The notes beneath the pieces are model-generated. The model was not told the origin of the DNA, searched no databases, and worked only from the letters and a program-made list of their open reading frames with translations. Of a stretch of 56,075 bases of DNA, positions 10,886 through 21,900 are shown in pieces. The stretch lies in the IMG/VR virus record IMGVR_UViG_3300021185_002716, positions 1-56,075 of that record. The stretch is one strand, 5' to 3'. Numbering within the stretch: position 1 is the stretch's first letter; each line of letters opens with the position of its first letter. Origin of the DNA: a virus. Taxonomy: Duplodnaviria; Caudoviricetes. A program made the translations under genes and the position numbers.

Positions 10886-12802
10886 ATGGCAGTATACAGA
10901 CCTACACTATTAGGAAATACAGAGGTTGATATAGCACCCTTCTTTGGAGGTTTTGTTGACAAAGGGGCAGCCCAAATGAATCAAGCCGTACAGAATTATG
11001 GTAAAGTTTTAATTGAGTCTAAGAACAAAGCGTTTGAACAAGCACAAAACCTTAGAGATGGCATAGTGTCTGGACACTTTTCGGATGCGATGGCTTCGGA
11101 CGTAGAAGGGTACATCAAAGAGTTATCAGAACTTCCGACTTACAGTAAGGAATATGCAGCCAAACTTGCAGCGGCAAATGCAGACCTAGGTATCAAGGTC
11201 TCAAAGCAAAGCAAGATTACTACAGAGATTGCTGATATTGAACAAAAGTGGAGTCAGGATCCAAGCAAAATATATTATGATCAAAACGCTTTAGGTGCCA
11301 GAATGCATGACCAACTAAATGGTGATACAGAACAAGGTATAGAGGCCACAGGTATTAACACTACATCTGAAGATCTTCAGGGTGCACTCACTGATTATAA
11401 AAGAAATGTTAACAACATTAAGGACGGAGAGGTAAGAAAAACTTTCCAATCACAGTTGGGTGAAATTGTAAGTCAAGTAGATAGAACTGGAGGTTTAGAA
11501 AACGAAAACTCAGAGTTTGTGAAATTTACAAAAAACTCTGACGGGACAAAGTTTGTAACTGGATTCAAGTATGATGCTCAAAATAAAATGTATGTACCTG
11601 ATTTTGATATAACAAAATTACCTCCTATGGGTCTTGTAGAACTTTATAGAGGTATTGATGGTGCTGCCTCAATTTTAATGGATGATTATGTAAACAACAA
11701 ACATAGAACTACATCTGATGATCCAGATGCACCCATCAATGATTCAGCGAGACAAACATACGAAAGAGAGTTTGTTTTAGAAGAAATGAAAAAACTTGCA
11801 CCGGGAGGTCAACAAAAATCTTCAACTGCAACGGAGTATAGAAGCAGACCTCAAGATCCTTTGGCGGGTTCTGGAAGAATGATTGACATGGAAAAAAACC
11901 ACTCTACTGTAAATGATATGTTAAATAGTGTGGATAGATTAAAAAATCTAGATCCTGCTCAATTGTCTGGTGGACCAAAAACCGTTCCTTTTGTGAAGGT
12001 TGACATAAACGGTAATGGAAATCCTATACAGATGTTAGATATTTCTGGCTCTAATCAAGGAGGTTATAATGTGGCCAGAACGACATATAAAAACATACAA
12101 TCAGGAGCGTTAACAGAGGCTTATGTAAAACCAGAAAAAACTTATTTGTCTATAGATCCTGATGATGGAGAGAGAACAGTATATTTTGAAACAACAAATT
12201 CTGATGGTAAAAAAGTATATACTATTTATAACGATAGGACTGCAACTCAGTTCGTTCAGAATGTAACGAAAGGAATATATAACAGCCAAGATTATTATGA
12301 CGATTGGGCTTTTATTAATAAAAGGAGAGGCGTACAGTCTTCTGATGGAGGTGTAAACAGACAGATTAAATTATCTGACTCAACTCCTGCTGCTCAGGCG
12401 GAGGCGATAGAGAAAGGGAATCGTGCAGAGAAACAGGCACAAGAGAGAGGTGTGTTTGACGCTCCGGAGTTAACAAATTCCCTTAACACTAATAACAGGA
12501 TTTCGATCAAAGAAGCCTTGCTTCCTGTAAATAAGTTTTTTGAAAAAACAGGTTATGATCAGTCAGGGTTAACTGATAGAAATGGGAAAAGAGTAACAGA
12601 TAAAAAAGTAAAGTTTGTAAAGTTTGATCAATTCGGTACTCAAGTTAAAAACATGATTAATAGTTATGGCAAATTAACGTATAGAGTAATAAACGATGAC
12701 GGATCTTTAGGCGAGCCCCAAACAGTAGATTACAACACAAAAGATATAGTTGCTGATGTCTCAGGTGGGCAAGGAAGTTTTGATCTTAATGCAGAAAAAT
12801 AA
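10886..12802 (+). CDS. putative internal virion (cargo) protein
   Basis: 638-aa ORF between the small cargo gene and the giant gene. Confidence 0.55.
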   Translation: MAVYRPTLLGNTEVDIAPFFGGFVDKGAAQMNQAVQNYGKVLIESKNKAFEQAQNLRDGIVSGHFSDAMASDVEGYIKELSELPTYSKEYAAKLAAANADLGIKVSKQSKITTEIADIEQKWSQDPSKIYYDQNALGARMHDQLNGDTEQGIEATGINTTSEDLQGALTDYKRNVNNIKDGEVRKTFQSQLGEIVSQVDRTGGLENENSEFVKFTKNSDGTKFVTGFKYDAQNKMYVPDFDITKLPPMGLVELYRGIDGAASILMDDYVNNKHRTTSDDPDAPINDSARQTYEREFVLEEMKKLAPGGQQKSSTATEYRSRPQDPLAGSGRMIDMEKNHSTVNDMLNSVDRLKNLDPAQLSGGPKTVPFVKVDINGNGNPIQMLDISGSNQGGYNVARTTYKNIQSGALTEAYVKPEKTYLSIDPDDGERTVYFETTNSDGKKVYTIYNDRTATQFVQNVTKGIYNSQDYYDDWAFINKRRGVQSSDGGVNRQIKLSDSTPAAQAEAIEKGNRAEKQAQERGVFDAPELTNSLNTNNRISIKEALLPVNKFFEKTGYDQSGLTDRNGKRVTDKKVKFVKFDQFGTQVKNMINSYGKLTYRVINDDGSLGEPQTVDYNTKDIVADVSGGQGSFDLNAEK

Positions 12803-12805
12803 AAT

Positions 12806-15800
12806 ATGGAAGACGAAGAAATCCTAGGTGTCGATCCCTTTGTTGACTTAAGTATAGAGGATCGGGAAGACAAGTTGACTATACTTGCTGATCGTTTAAG
12901 ACGATCATCGGGAACTGGTATGACTAATTTTGCCATACAAGATATCCAAGGTGTTATACCTGAACTAAACCCTGAACAGTTTCAAGATGCTGTAGCATGG
13001 GGGAACACATTCAATAGAGGTAGGTATGAACAAGGCAATGAATTAAACTCTAAGTTTGAATCTTTATTTCCAGAACTTGACGATTTACAATTTCCTGAAT
13101 ATGAAAACAACAACGGATCCATTGATGTTGTCAACAAACAACTAAACCCAGAAAATGCCCAAAATAAATGGGCAGGAATCCAGTCCGCTATAGATAAAGG
13201 CACTGATATGTACAACAATCAGCAGCCTGATTCGGTGATAGAAAATATAAATCTTCTACCTGAAGGAACAGATGAAGACATAAAAAAGAATTTAATTCAA
13301 TATGGACAGGTGTTAAGACATACTGATCCAGAGTTTAATAAAAGATACACTCCAGGTGAAGACCCATTTCAAACCCCGGAGTCTGCATATGAGTTTACAA
13401 AACAAGCAAGAAACTTTCAAGGAACTAAGTTTAAGGTAAACGGACTTAGGTATGTCGCAAAAAATTATGATAGAAATCTATATGACTATATAGAAAAAAA
13501 TGAAGACTTCTTTGCTTACATGCCGGAACTAAGGGATGATGAGGAGTTTATGAAGATGTATAAACATCACGAAAAGTTAGCGTCAAACTATCATGACCAT
13601 ATTGACAACAATTTTAAAGAATTGTATGATAATGAAATGAGGGATGTGATGCAGACCATGAGGCTTAGTGGTGAGGGAGTAGTGCCTGGAGATTATTTGA
13701 GTTCGTCAATGGCAGTTGGTTTTGGTGCTATTGTAGAATCAGTCGGAAATTTAGCAGGAGGTATAGTAGAGTTTGGAGGGAAGTACGGAACAAACCTTGT
13801 TGGTGGAAAAACAGGTTTAGCCCTAGACGTGGCGTTAGATGCTTTTGCTGCAACTACAATGACTGATGAGCAAAGAGAATCTGTTGATGGTTTAAGCACT
13901 GCATATGAGCAGAGGGTTGGCGAAGTGGCAGATAATATATCTCACTTCTTTTCATCAGACAATTGGAAAGATACAGCAATTGGACAGTTTGCATACGTTC
14001 CAGATCAGGTAGCATCAGCAAGCCTATCAGAAAACCCTGTTTATATTCTACCCATGACTCTTAAAACGGTGGGAGAAATGGCACCTGCAATTGCTGCCGC
14101 TGCGTACACAGGTGGCGGAACATTAGTTGCCGGTGGTATTATGGGGGGTGACCAATTCTTTAAAGCGTATCACCAAACCAATAAGGAGGCAAGAGAACTA
14201 GGAGTAGATGAGGAAGACGCAGAAGCAATGGCCTTAAGTATAGGTCTTGTTACTGGAGGTACTTCTGCCCTATTTAACAACCCTCTTGCAAGGAAGGGTG
14301 CGGCAGCCATGATGGGAATCAGAAGTAATTCCGTAAAGAAGGCTGTTGATGTTTTATCTAAAACAGGAAGCAGGCAGGCTGCCGTAAAAGCAGGAACTAG
14401 AGCATATGCTAAAGAAATAGTTGGCGAAAACTTTGAAGAAATTATTCAAGGTAGTTTTGAAAACTATACTAAATACAAGTATGATGCAAAATCCCCAAAT
14501 CCAGTATACGGTGTAGACAAGTTTATGTCAAAAGATGAGTTTATCAACACCATGATATTGACAACTACAGCAACCACTTTAATGGCTAGTCCTGGTCTAG
14601 GCGTATCTTCTACTCAGTTAGAAAAAGAAGCGTGGACAACAGCGGGATTGGGCTACAAAACATTTGAATCTGCTGTTCAAAAAGAACTAAAAAGAAAGAG
14701 TCCTAAATTCACTGCCGAAGTTGCACAGGGAATGCTTGATAAAGCCAAGAAATATGAGGCTATAGTTTTGCCAATGAAAGAGGCGGGGACTAAGATTAAC
14801 CAAATAGTAGAGGAGGCTGATTTTGTCTACAACGCAATGAATGCTCCGAGAGCAGAGAATGCGGAATCTACCGTAGAGGAAACTATAGAGGAAAAGAAAA
14901 CAGAAATAAAAAATGGCATTCCAAAACCAGGTGCTATTGTGGATGGATCTAAGGTAGTGTCTGTTATAGAAAATATTGGAGACAGTAAAACCGACAAGGA
15001 ACTGTCAGACAAACTTGGAAACATTGAAGGAAGGACTTTTAAAATGAAGAGAGTCGACCTTGAAACTTTATACCAAACAAATGAAAACTTTAAAAACTTT
15101 GTTGATGAGAACCCTGATATGGAGTATGAGGGCTCTCGTAAGAATGCACCCGCTGTTATAGACGAAAGCGGAAATGTATTAGATGGTATGAAAAGAATGG
15201 TTGCTGCTTATAACAGAGGCCAAAAAGGCATTAGAGTTCTCACAGAACAGGAGGCGGTTATATCTAAAGAAAAGCAGTCTGAGGCGGATAGTTTGATTGA
15301 TGAAATTATTTCACCTCCAAAGCCAAGCACAGGACAAGAGGTTGATCCCGAAACAGGAGATGTTAATACAGAGATTGAAAAATTAAGCAACCACTTTCAA
15401 AGGGTGTTCAAAGGATCAGAAGTTACTTATGATCAACAAACCTTTAATGATGCGGCAGCGTCTGTCAATTTAGATCCTAAAAAATTAAAAGGGTTTAGGG
15501 ATAGAAAGACAAATAAAATTTACATTAACCCAAAACTGGCAACGCTAGACACTCCTATTCATGAGTTCGCTCATATATGGGAAGACATGTTATCTGAGGT
15601 TAATCCGGAGGCCCACAAAAAAGCACTTAAATTAATCGAAGGAACTAAGTTTCATAAGGATGCTGTTGCGTCAGGGTATGGTGATAGGTCCTTAAACGAG
15701 GCTTTGGTTCAGGCAATTGGCGAAAAGGGTGCTAAGATATTTAAAGACCCGAAGCGACAATCGGAGTTTGAAAAAATTATAGAGCAGGTAAAGGATATGA

Positions 15801-18800
15801 TTAAGAAGGCTTTATCACTTCCTGCCGAAGCAGACTTTGATATTAAGACATCAAGTCTAAATGAAATGATTGAGTCTAGTGCGGAGAAGTTGATGACCGC
15901 TACGAGCATAGATCCAACAACAGATAACGAAATAGATGTTGATGCTATAGACATGCAAAGGTATAAAAACCCAGAGCGTGAAGCAATATCAGAATTTAAA
16001 GCACTGCAAGAAACTCTTAAGAACGACCCAACGCTATCACTCATAGAGCCCGTGATGAAGGATGGGAGGTATCAGTTTGAAAAACGAGGTAAAAAATTAA
16101 AGATCAAAATATCAAGCCAATCTTATAACATGGTTAATGGTCTTGAAAAATATTTTGAAGGTACGCTTGAACAAAAAATAAATCAGATTGGTGACAAAAT
16201 TGTAGATGAATATAATGCTAATTCCACTGTTGAAGAAGTAGTGAAGGGAATGGGTTGGTATAAAGATCTGCACACAAGAATGAGAAATATTTTTGGAGGT
16301 AGAACTAATTTCTTCGGAAGACTTATTGGGGCAACTTCAGCACAAACAGACGTTAGAAATAATTACAAATATGCTGTAATGGCATTGAAAGGTTATTCAA
16401 ACGGTGCTTACGATTCTTATATAGAAGAATATAAAGAATTTATAGATAGAGTTGAGCAGTATCAAAACGAAGAAGAACTTAACCAATTTTTTAATGAGTA
16501 TAAAGGAAGGGCTATTAATGCTGCAAAGAATTTAGGTCAAAGCACAAAAATATTTGATGTAAGTCCAGACCCGAAAGACATCGATGAAACAAAAAGAAAG
16601 TTGCTGAATCTATGGCCAAAGGCTAATGTATTGTATAGAACAGACAACCCTACTTTAAGGTATGGTATAAATAGTCCGGCTACCGCTAAAGTTTTGGCGG
16701 GTATCTGGTTAAATCAAACTCAACAAACTAAAACAAATAATTTTTATAAAAACGTAGTTGGTATAACAACAAACCCAACTATTGATTTATGGGCCGCCCG
16801 AACAATCAGAAGAATGATTTATGATGGGAATATTGATAGATACAGAATCCCAGAACGTGCAGAAGCCGGTGTTAACGAAAAGGCTTTGGTCAATTCAGGT
16901 AACATATCTGACTATAGACTTGCCGAAGAGGTTATAATTAATGCCTCAGAAAAACTAGGAATGGATCCCGATGATCTTCAGGCATACTTATGGTTTGCTG
17001 AAAAGGATCTATGGCTGAAAAATGGTTGGGCAACTGGGGCCGCAGCAAAGAAAGGAGACTTTAGGGATGAGTCATCTAAAGAGGAAATAACAAGATACTA
17101 TTTAGGTTTAAGCACAGAAAGACCAAGTTACAAGAACCCTGTTTTGGACAATCAAGACAAACTGGAAATGCTTAAAGAAGAGGGGGTTAGTATTGAAAAA
17201 GATTTAAGAGGTCAAGATTTAATTTCTTTAAAAGTAAATACAACCAAATCACAATATTTAAACGATCCTGAAAGAGCATTTGATGCTGAGATGATTGTGG
17301 AGTCGAGCCAAGATATGACTCCTGTATTAAAGAGAGTGATTGAATCTGCAAAAAAATATGAGCAGGAATCTGTTTTCATGTCAGAGGTTTTACCTATTGA
17401 CGAAAGAATGGATCCTGAAACTATGGAGAGAGAGTTAACTAAAAGACCAAATGCAAGACCCGCAGTTGAATTACAGTTTGTAAATCCTTTAAGTTTTGAT
17501 GAGGCAACTAAGTTTGCACAAGACAATATAGAAAAAGAGGGTGTCCAAATTGGTCCTGTGAAAACTGCCATATCTGGTTACACTATAATAACTAATGAGT
17601 CAGGCGATAAGGCTATAGGTATTAAATATCAATTTGTTCCAGAGTTCGTTTTTGAAAATGAAGAGGATATAACAGATGATAATATAAGGCAAGCGTCCAT
17701 AGATTGGGTTAACAACGCAGCAGAAACTCAAATAAATTTAGAGAATAACGAAAATGTTTTATACTTTTACAAACATTATGTAGATACTTTCGTTGCTCAC
17801 AACAATCAGTACAATGAAATTCTAAATAAAATAAAAAATGGATCAGAAGACATATATAAAGGAACTAGCAAAACACGCACAAAGCAATACTACCAATCCA
17901 AAGGTAGATCAAGTATCGAATCAGAAACAAGTTCAGGTATCGATGCACAAAGAAACCAAGATGGAGGAGATAGACCCCGCTTCTCTGGAACTGTTCCGTC
18001 AGATGATGGCGGATCGATATCACAAACTGAACATCGAAGATTAGACACTCAAAAACTTCCGAGTGCATTATCAGGTTTACTAGGAAAACTTAAGGACAAA
18101 GGATTTACTTCTGCTGAATTAATTTACGGTATCAAATCCTATTCATTAAAAGTCAACGGTAAAGAACTTACCACAGAACAGGCACGAGTTGTATTAAGTA
18201 AATACATGAGTGACAATGGATTCAGACAAAGAGGTTTTGAAACTGGATCAGTTGAGAAAGCCAAAGACCAAGACGTAGGAAAAGAAGAGGTATACGATTG
18301 GGTGAACAACAACCCTAACTACTACAAGACTATGGATATGAAAGAAACCATGGATCTTGTATTAGAGGATGTAAATTCAAGAGGTGGTTTTGAAAATGTA
18401 GATGTCTTAAAAGATTTACTTAAGACAGACACAACAGTGAAAGAACTAGCAAGAGTTCAACTAGCACGTCAAGCAGCGTTACATCATTACGGTTTAAAGG
18501 TTAGCAAACTTAGATCAGAAGGTGCATCAACAGCAGAGATAGATTCTGTTATTGAAACCATGGGCCAGATAGAGCGTGCATTGGCAGGGGATGGTACATA
18601 TTCCGGACAAGCGTCTGCCGCACTTAGATCTTGGACCGCTCAAACTGCAACCACTTTAATTGACAGGACTGAACTGGCAATGGAAAAATTCAATGAAGAC
18701 ATGGACAACAAAACTAAGTTTGGCCATTTCATTCATAGGTTATTCGGGGGTAAACAAAAATTAGAAAGCACTACGCTATCTGCCGAACAGAAAAGTAAGA

Positions 18801-21022
18801 TAGAAGAACTGCACAGTATATTGAGAGAGGCTCCAGAAAACAGCGAGTTAGCAAATGCCGCTATGAGGTCGACATATAAGTACATGGATTCATTAGTTCC
18901 CTCTTATACATTGAAAGATACATTCTTCGGGTTGCAATATGCAGCACTTCTTTCAGGTGTTTCCACTCAAATACTTAACATAACTTCAGGATCTGCAAAC
19001 ATTATATTGCAACCACTGATGGAGATGTCGAGAGTAGATAGAATATTCACAGGAGGATATCTTGATTTCATCAGAAGCATAGGGGTTGGCACAACTAAAA
19101 GAGGTTTCGAGCAAGGCCGAAACATGGCAATGGATATTCTTAAAAATGGATCCAGAGTTGACAAGTATCAAAACTCAGAAGCAAATCCGGAGGCGGGAAG
19201 TTATAATGTTCTAGAGACAACAGAATTTAAAGGAGGTAAAAAGAACCCATACAACTATTATAAATTTGTAGGTAGAGTATTGAACGCTACAGATAGATTT
19301 ATAAGTAAGGTTGGTTATGAAGGAAGGTACTTTAATTACCTTCTTGATCAGTTAAGAAAAGATGGTGTACCAAAAAGTGAATTAAGAAAGAGAGCATCTG
19401 ATTTATACTTAGCGACAGAAGTAAGTAGGCATGCCAAAAAAGAGATGGAGTCATTGATGGGTAGACTGCGAGAGGCGGATCCCAACACAGACTTTAGTAA
19501 TATTGAAAAAGTCCGAATGAGAGAACTCATGCACGAAGCACTTGTTGCAAGGTATAGTGAGGATTTTATTGGTAAGCCTGATGCCGAACTAGAGACCATG
19601 AAAGAGAAAGAAAACTTTGACGGGTCTATAGAAGAGTATAAGGAATATCTAAAAGCAATGAAGGAGGCTGAAATCAAAGGGCTTTCTATTGATGCTACCC
19701 TTGCTAGTAATGCTCAAGTGTTTATAGACAATAGACCTGGAAGTCTTGCACAACCAGTTGCATGGATGGCTAACTACATCCGCACATTATCAAACAATCC
19801 AAAAGCAGGCTTTGGTAGGCAACTTGTTTTAAAATCGTTTGTTCCTTTTACAAGCATCATCGGCTCAATCGGAGAGTATATGATAGATGTAGCACCAGGT
19901 ATAGGTGTGGCAAGAGGTTATAAAGCAGAAGATGGATTGGGAGAAAAAGGATCTAGATTGAGAGACGAACAAATGTCAAGAGCGTATTTTGGCACAACGT
20001 CATTTATGGGTCTAGCCGCTTTAGCAGCAATGTCATATGAAGATGACGATGATGATCCGTTCTTTGAAGTTAGTGGTGGAGGTTACAATAACTCAAACCA
20101 ATACACAAGAAACGACATGAAGAACGCTCCACTACCTCCATATACAATTAAGGTTGGTAATAAGACGATGGACTACAGAAACATTATTCCTTTATCAATA
20201 CCCCTTGCTATCATAGGAAACTATATGGAGACACATAAAATGACCGGTGGAAAAGGTGAGGTCTTTGATGATATGATGGAAAGAACACTTATTGCTTATG
20301 CAAACTCTGTTAACCTTATTATGGATTCATCGGTACTTACTTCCGTAAGAGAGTTGAGTGAGGCGGTGTTTGGACAGGTAACTGGTCGTGGATCGCAATT
20401 TGATCCTAACACAGTAGATGATTCTAGTGTTACAAAAACATTGGACAGAATTTCAAAGACAGCCATAAGATCTGTTGGAGGTACCCTATTAAGGCCAATG
20501 CCACAAAATCTAAATTTGTTTAGACAGGTAACAAAGATCTTTGATGCTACATCATATAGTGCGGGCGATGTAAAGAACGCATTGTTATATGCCGCAGGTC
20601 TAAGTCAGATTGCAGGACAACCTAGGATAGATGCTTTTGGTGAAAAGACTAAGAGTTACCCTGGAGAAACTGTGATACCATACACTCACTGGCTCAATGT
20701 TAGAGGTGATGACAGAAGGTGGCAGTTTATTGACAAGCACAATGCTTACCCAGGTAAAATCCAAAACAGACCTATGAGGGTTGGTAATGAAATGAGAACC
20801 CTTACTGATGATGAACTTTATCAGCATCAAATAACAACGGGTCAAGAGTTTAGTAGAATGTTGACTAATTATATTAAAGGACAAGGGCAATTGGAAGACA
20901 GAATATTAACCACATCTGGAAGATCACAAAGCATGCATAAGATGAATATCCAAAAAATGTGGAGAGCGGCACAAGCAAAATCAAAACTTAAGAATGTAAA
21001 CACCTGGAGAAACAACGATTAA
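12806..21022 (+). CDS. giant polyvalent internal virion protein (ParB-like, zincin HExxH, glycosylase-like and helical domains)
   Basis: 2738 aa; PAVID..GNVLDGMKR (ParB-like), IYINP...TPIHEFAH (zincin), GWY...SAQT...KT.NFY.N...TIDLW...LQAYLW block; hydrophobic Gly/Ala segments. Confidence 0.7.
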   Translation: MEDEEILGVDPFVDLSIEDREDKLTILADRLRRSSGTGMTNFAIQDIQGVIPELNPEQFQDAVAWGNTFNRGRYEQGNELNSKFESLFPELDDLQFPEYENNNGSIDVVNKQLNPENAQNKWAGIQSAIDKGTDMYNNQQPDSVIENINLLPEGTDEDIKKNLIQYGQVLRHTDPEFNKRYTPGEDPFQTPESAYEFTKQARNFQGTKFKVNGLRYVAKNYDRNLYDYIEKNEDFFAYMPELRDDEEFMKMYKHHEKLASNYHDHIDNNFKELYDNEMRDVMQTMRLSGEGVVPGDYLSSSMAVGFGAIVESVGNLAGGIVEFGGKYGTNLVGGKTGLALDVALDAFAATTMTDEQRESVDGLSTAYEQRVGEVADNISHFFSSDNWKDTAIGQFAYVPDQVASASLSENPVYILPMTLKTVGEMAPAIAAAAYTGGGTLVAGGIMGGDQFFKAYHQTNKEARELGVDEEDAEAMALSIGLVTGGTSALFNNPLARKGAAAMMGIRSNSVKKAVDVLSKTGSRQAAVKAGTRAYAKEIVGENFEEIIQGSFENYTKYKYDAKSPNPVYGVDKFMSKDEFINTMILTTTATTLMASPGLGVSSTQLEKEAWTTAGLGYKTFESAVQKELKRKSPKFTAEVAQGMLDKAKKYEAIVLPMKEAGTKINQIVEEADFVYNAMNAPRAENAESTVEETIEEKKTEIKNGIPKPGAIVDGSKVVSVIENIGDSKTDKELSDKLGNIEGRTFKMKRVDLETLYQTNENFKNFVDENPDMEYEGSRKNAPAVIDESGNVLDGMKRMVAAYNRGQKGIRVLTEQEAVISKEKQSEADSLIDEIISPPKPSTGQEVDPETGDVNTEIEKLSNHFQRVFKGSEVTYDQQTFNDAAASVNLDPKKLKGFRDRKTNKIYINPKLATLDTPIHEFAHIWEDMLSEVNPEAHKKALKLIEGTKFHKDAVASGYGDRSLNEALVQAIGEKGAKIFKDPKRQSEFEKIIEQVKDMIKKALSLPAEADFDIKTSSLNEMIESSAEKLMTATSIDPTTDNEIDVDAIDMQRYKNPEREAISEFKALQETLKNDPTLSLIEPVMKDGRYQFEKRGKKLKIKISSQSYNMVNGLEKYFEGTLEQKINQIGDKIVDEYNANSTVEEVVKGMGWYKDLHTRMRNIFGGRTNFFGRLIGATSAQTDVRNNYKYAVMALKGYSNGAYDSYIEEYKEFIDRVEQYQNEEELNQFFNEYKGRAINAAKNLGQSTKIFDVSPDPKDIDETKRKLLNLWPKANVLYRTDNPTLRYGINSPATAKVLAGIWLNQTQQTKTNNFYKNVVGITTNPTIDLWAARTIRRMIYDGNIDRYRIPERAEAGVNEKALVNSGNISDYRLAEEVIINASEKLGMDPDDLQAYLWFAEKDLWLKNGWATGAAAKKGDFRDESSKEEITRYYLGLSTERPSYKNPVLDNQDKLEMLKEEGVSIEKDLRGQDLISLKVNTTKSQYLNDPERAFDAEMIVESSQDMTPVLKRVIESAKKYEQESVFMSEVLPIDERMDPETMERELTKRPNARPAVELQFVNPLSFDEATKFAQDNIEKEGVQIGPVKTAISGYTIITNESGDKAIGIKYQFVPEFVFENEEDITDDNIRQASIDWVNNAAETQINLENNENVLYFYKHYVDTFVAHNNQYNEILNKIKNGSEDIYKGTSKTRTKQYYQSKGRSSIESETSSGIDAQRNQDGGDRPRFSGTVPSDDGGSISQTEHRRLDTQKLPSALSGLLGKLKDKGFTSAELIYGIKSYSLKVNGKELTTEQARVVLSKYMSDNGFRQRGFETGSVEKAKDQDVGKEEVYDWVNNNPNYYKTMDMKETMDLVLEDVNSRGGFENVDVLKDLLKTDTTVKELARVQLARQAALHHYGLKVSKLRSEGASTAEIDSVIETMGQIERALAGDGTYSGQASAALRSWTAQTATTLIDRTELAMEKFNEDMDNKTKFGHFIHRLFGGKQKLESTTLSAEQKSKIEELHSILREAPENSELANAAMRSTYKYMDSLVPSYTLKDTFFGLQYAALLSGVSTQILNITSGSANIILQPLMEMSRVDRIFTGGYLDFIRSIGVGTTKRGFEQGRNMAMDILKNGSRVDKYQNSEANPEAGSYNVLETTEFKGGKKNPYNYYKFVGRVLNATDRFISKVGYEGRYFNYLLDQLRKDGVPKSELRKRASDLYLATEVSRHAKKEMESLMGRLREADPNTDFSNIEKVRMRELMHEALVARYSEDFIGKPDAELETMKEKENFDGSIEEYKEYLKAMKEAEIKGLSIDATLASNAQVFIDNRPGSLAQPVAWMANYIRTLSNNPKAGFGRQLVLKSFVPFTSIIGSIGEYMIDVAPGIGVARGYKAEDGLGEKGSRLRDEQMSRAYFGTTSFMGLAALAAMSYEDDDDDPFFEVSGGGYNNSNQYTRNDMKNAPLPPYTIKVGNKTMDYRNIIPLSIPLAIIGNYMETHKMTGGKGEVFDDMMERTLIAYANSVNLIMDSSVLTSVRELSEAVFGQVTGRGSQFDPNTVDDSSVTKTLDRISKTAIRSVGGTLLRPMPQNLNLFRQVTKIFDATSYSAGDVKNALLYAAGLSQIAGQPRIDAFGEKTKSYPGETVIPYTHWLNVRGDDRRWQFIDKHNAYPGKIQNRPMRVGNEMRTLTDDELYQHQITTGQEFSRMLTNYIKGQGQLEDRILTTSGRSQSMHKMNIQKMWRAAQAKSKLKNVNTWRNND

Positions 21023-21023
21023 C

Positions 21024-21446
21024 ATGAGGAAGATAGATAAAATAATTGTACACTGTACTGCCACACCAGAGGGTAGACCAGTGTCTGTAGAGGAGATTGA
21101 TTCATGGCATAAGCAAAGAGGTTGGTCACAGATTGGATATCATTATGTAGTTCAACTTGACGGCACAATAAATCCAGGAAGAGATGTCTCAATTTCGGGT
21201 GCCCATTGCAAGGGACATAACAAAACTAGCATCGGTATCACATATGTTGGAGGGTGTGACTTAGATATGGAACCTAAAGATACGAGAACGGATGCACAAA
21301 TTGACAGCCTAAACTACTTGGTTGGTTATCTTTGTGCTAGTCATCCGGGTGCTGAGGTTTATGGTCATAGAGACTTCTCAACTAAGGCCTGCCCAAGTTA
21401 CGATGCTAAGTTAGAATACAAACCAATACAAGATAAATATGTTTGA
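21024..21446 (+). CDS. endolysin, N-acetylmuramoyl-L-alanine amidase (T7 lysozyme-like, Amidase_2)
   Basis: IIVHCTAT, IGYHY, GAHCKGHN..SIGI.YVGG, GHRDF..KACP zinc amidase motifs. Confidence 0.95.
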   Translation: MRKIDKIIVHCTATPEGRPVSVEEIDSWHKQRGWSQIGYHYVVQLDGTINPGRDVSISGAHCKGHNKTSIGITYVGGCDLDMEPKDTRTDAQIDSLNYLVGYLCASHPGAEVYGHRDFSTKACPSYDAKLEYKPIQDKYV

Positions 21447-21594
21447 TACATCGATTACGCTTATAGCAGACGGTGCTTTATTTGGATTAACTTATTATCC
21501 AAAAGAAGATCGTGCTCCAGAGTTTGAAGAAGAAGATTGGAATGAACTAAATATTTATCTTTTAGTTGTCAGAATAACATTTAGATGGTGGTAA
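21439..21594 (+). CDS. 51-aa hypothetical protein (not in ORF track)
   Basis: MFDTSITLIADGALFGLTYYP...ELNIYLLVVRITFRWW*; fills the gap between flanking genes. Confidence 0.6.
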   Translation: MFDTSITLIADGALFGLTYYPKEDRAPEFEEEDWNELNIYLLVVRITFRWW

Positions 21595-21597
21595 ACA

Positions 21598-21900
21598 ATG
21601 AGCGAACTGTCAGAAAAATCAGAGGTAAAACTAGATATTAAAACGCTAGTAGGTATTGTTATTGGTATTATAACTATAGCGGGCATCTGGTTTGATTTAA
21701 CTGCAAAGATTTCTGAAATTGAAAGTTCTCTTGTGAGGTTAGAGTACAACCAGACACTCAATGATGAGTTCAGAATCAAGTGGCCACGAGGTGAGATGGG
21801 TGCACTGCCCGATGATGCGAAGCAGGATTTAAGGATTGAGTACCTACAAAAAGATATAGAAAAATTGCAAGAATTGATTAAAGAATTACAGGATGAGTAA
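21598..21900 (+). CDS. single-TM coiled-coil protein of the lysis region
   Basis: One N-terminal TM (TLVGIVIGIITIAGIWF) then coiled coil; similar to 43371..43670. Confidence 0.6.
   Translation: MSELSEKSEVKLDIKTLVGIVIGIITIAGIWFDLTAKISEIESSLVRLEYNQTLNDEFRIKWPRGEMGALPDDAKQDLRIEYLQKDIEKLQELIKELQDE

Noticed and set aside
15829-15849. ADFDIK as a crAss-type RNA polymerase DFDID motif
   Set aside because: The third Asp is missing and I saw no other polymerase motifs nearby
162-20890. Many 60-140 aa minus-strand ORFs inside structural genes
   Set aside because: Ser/Leu/Phe-rich antisense shadows of the long plus-strand genes
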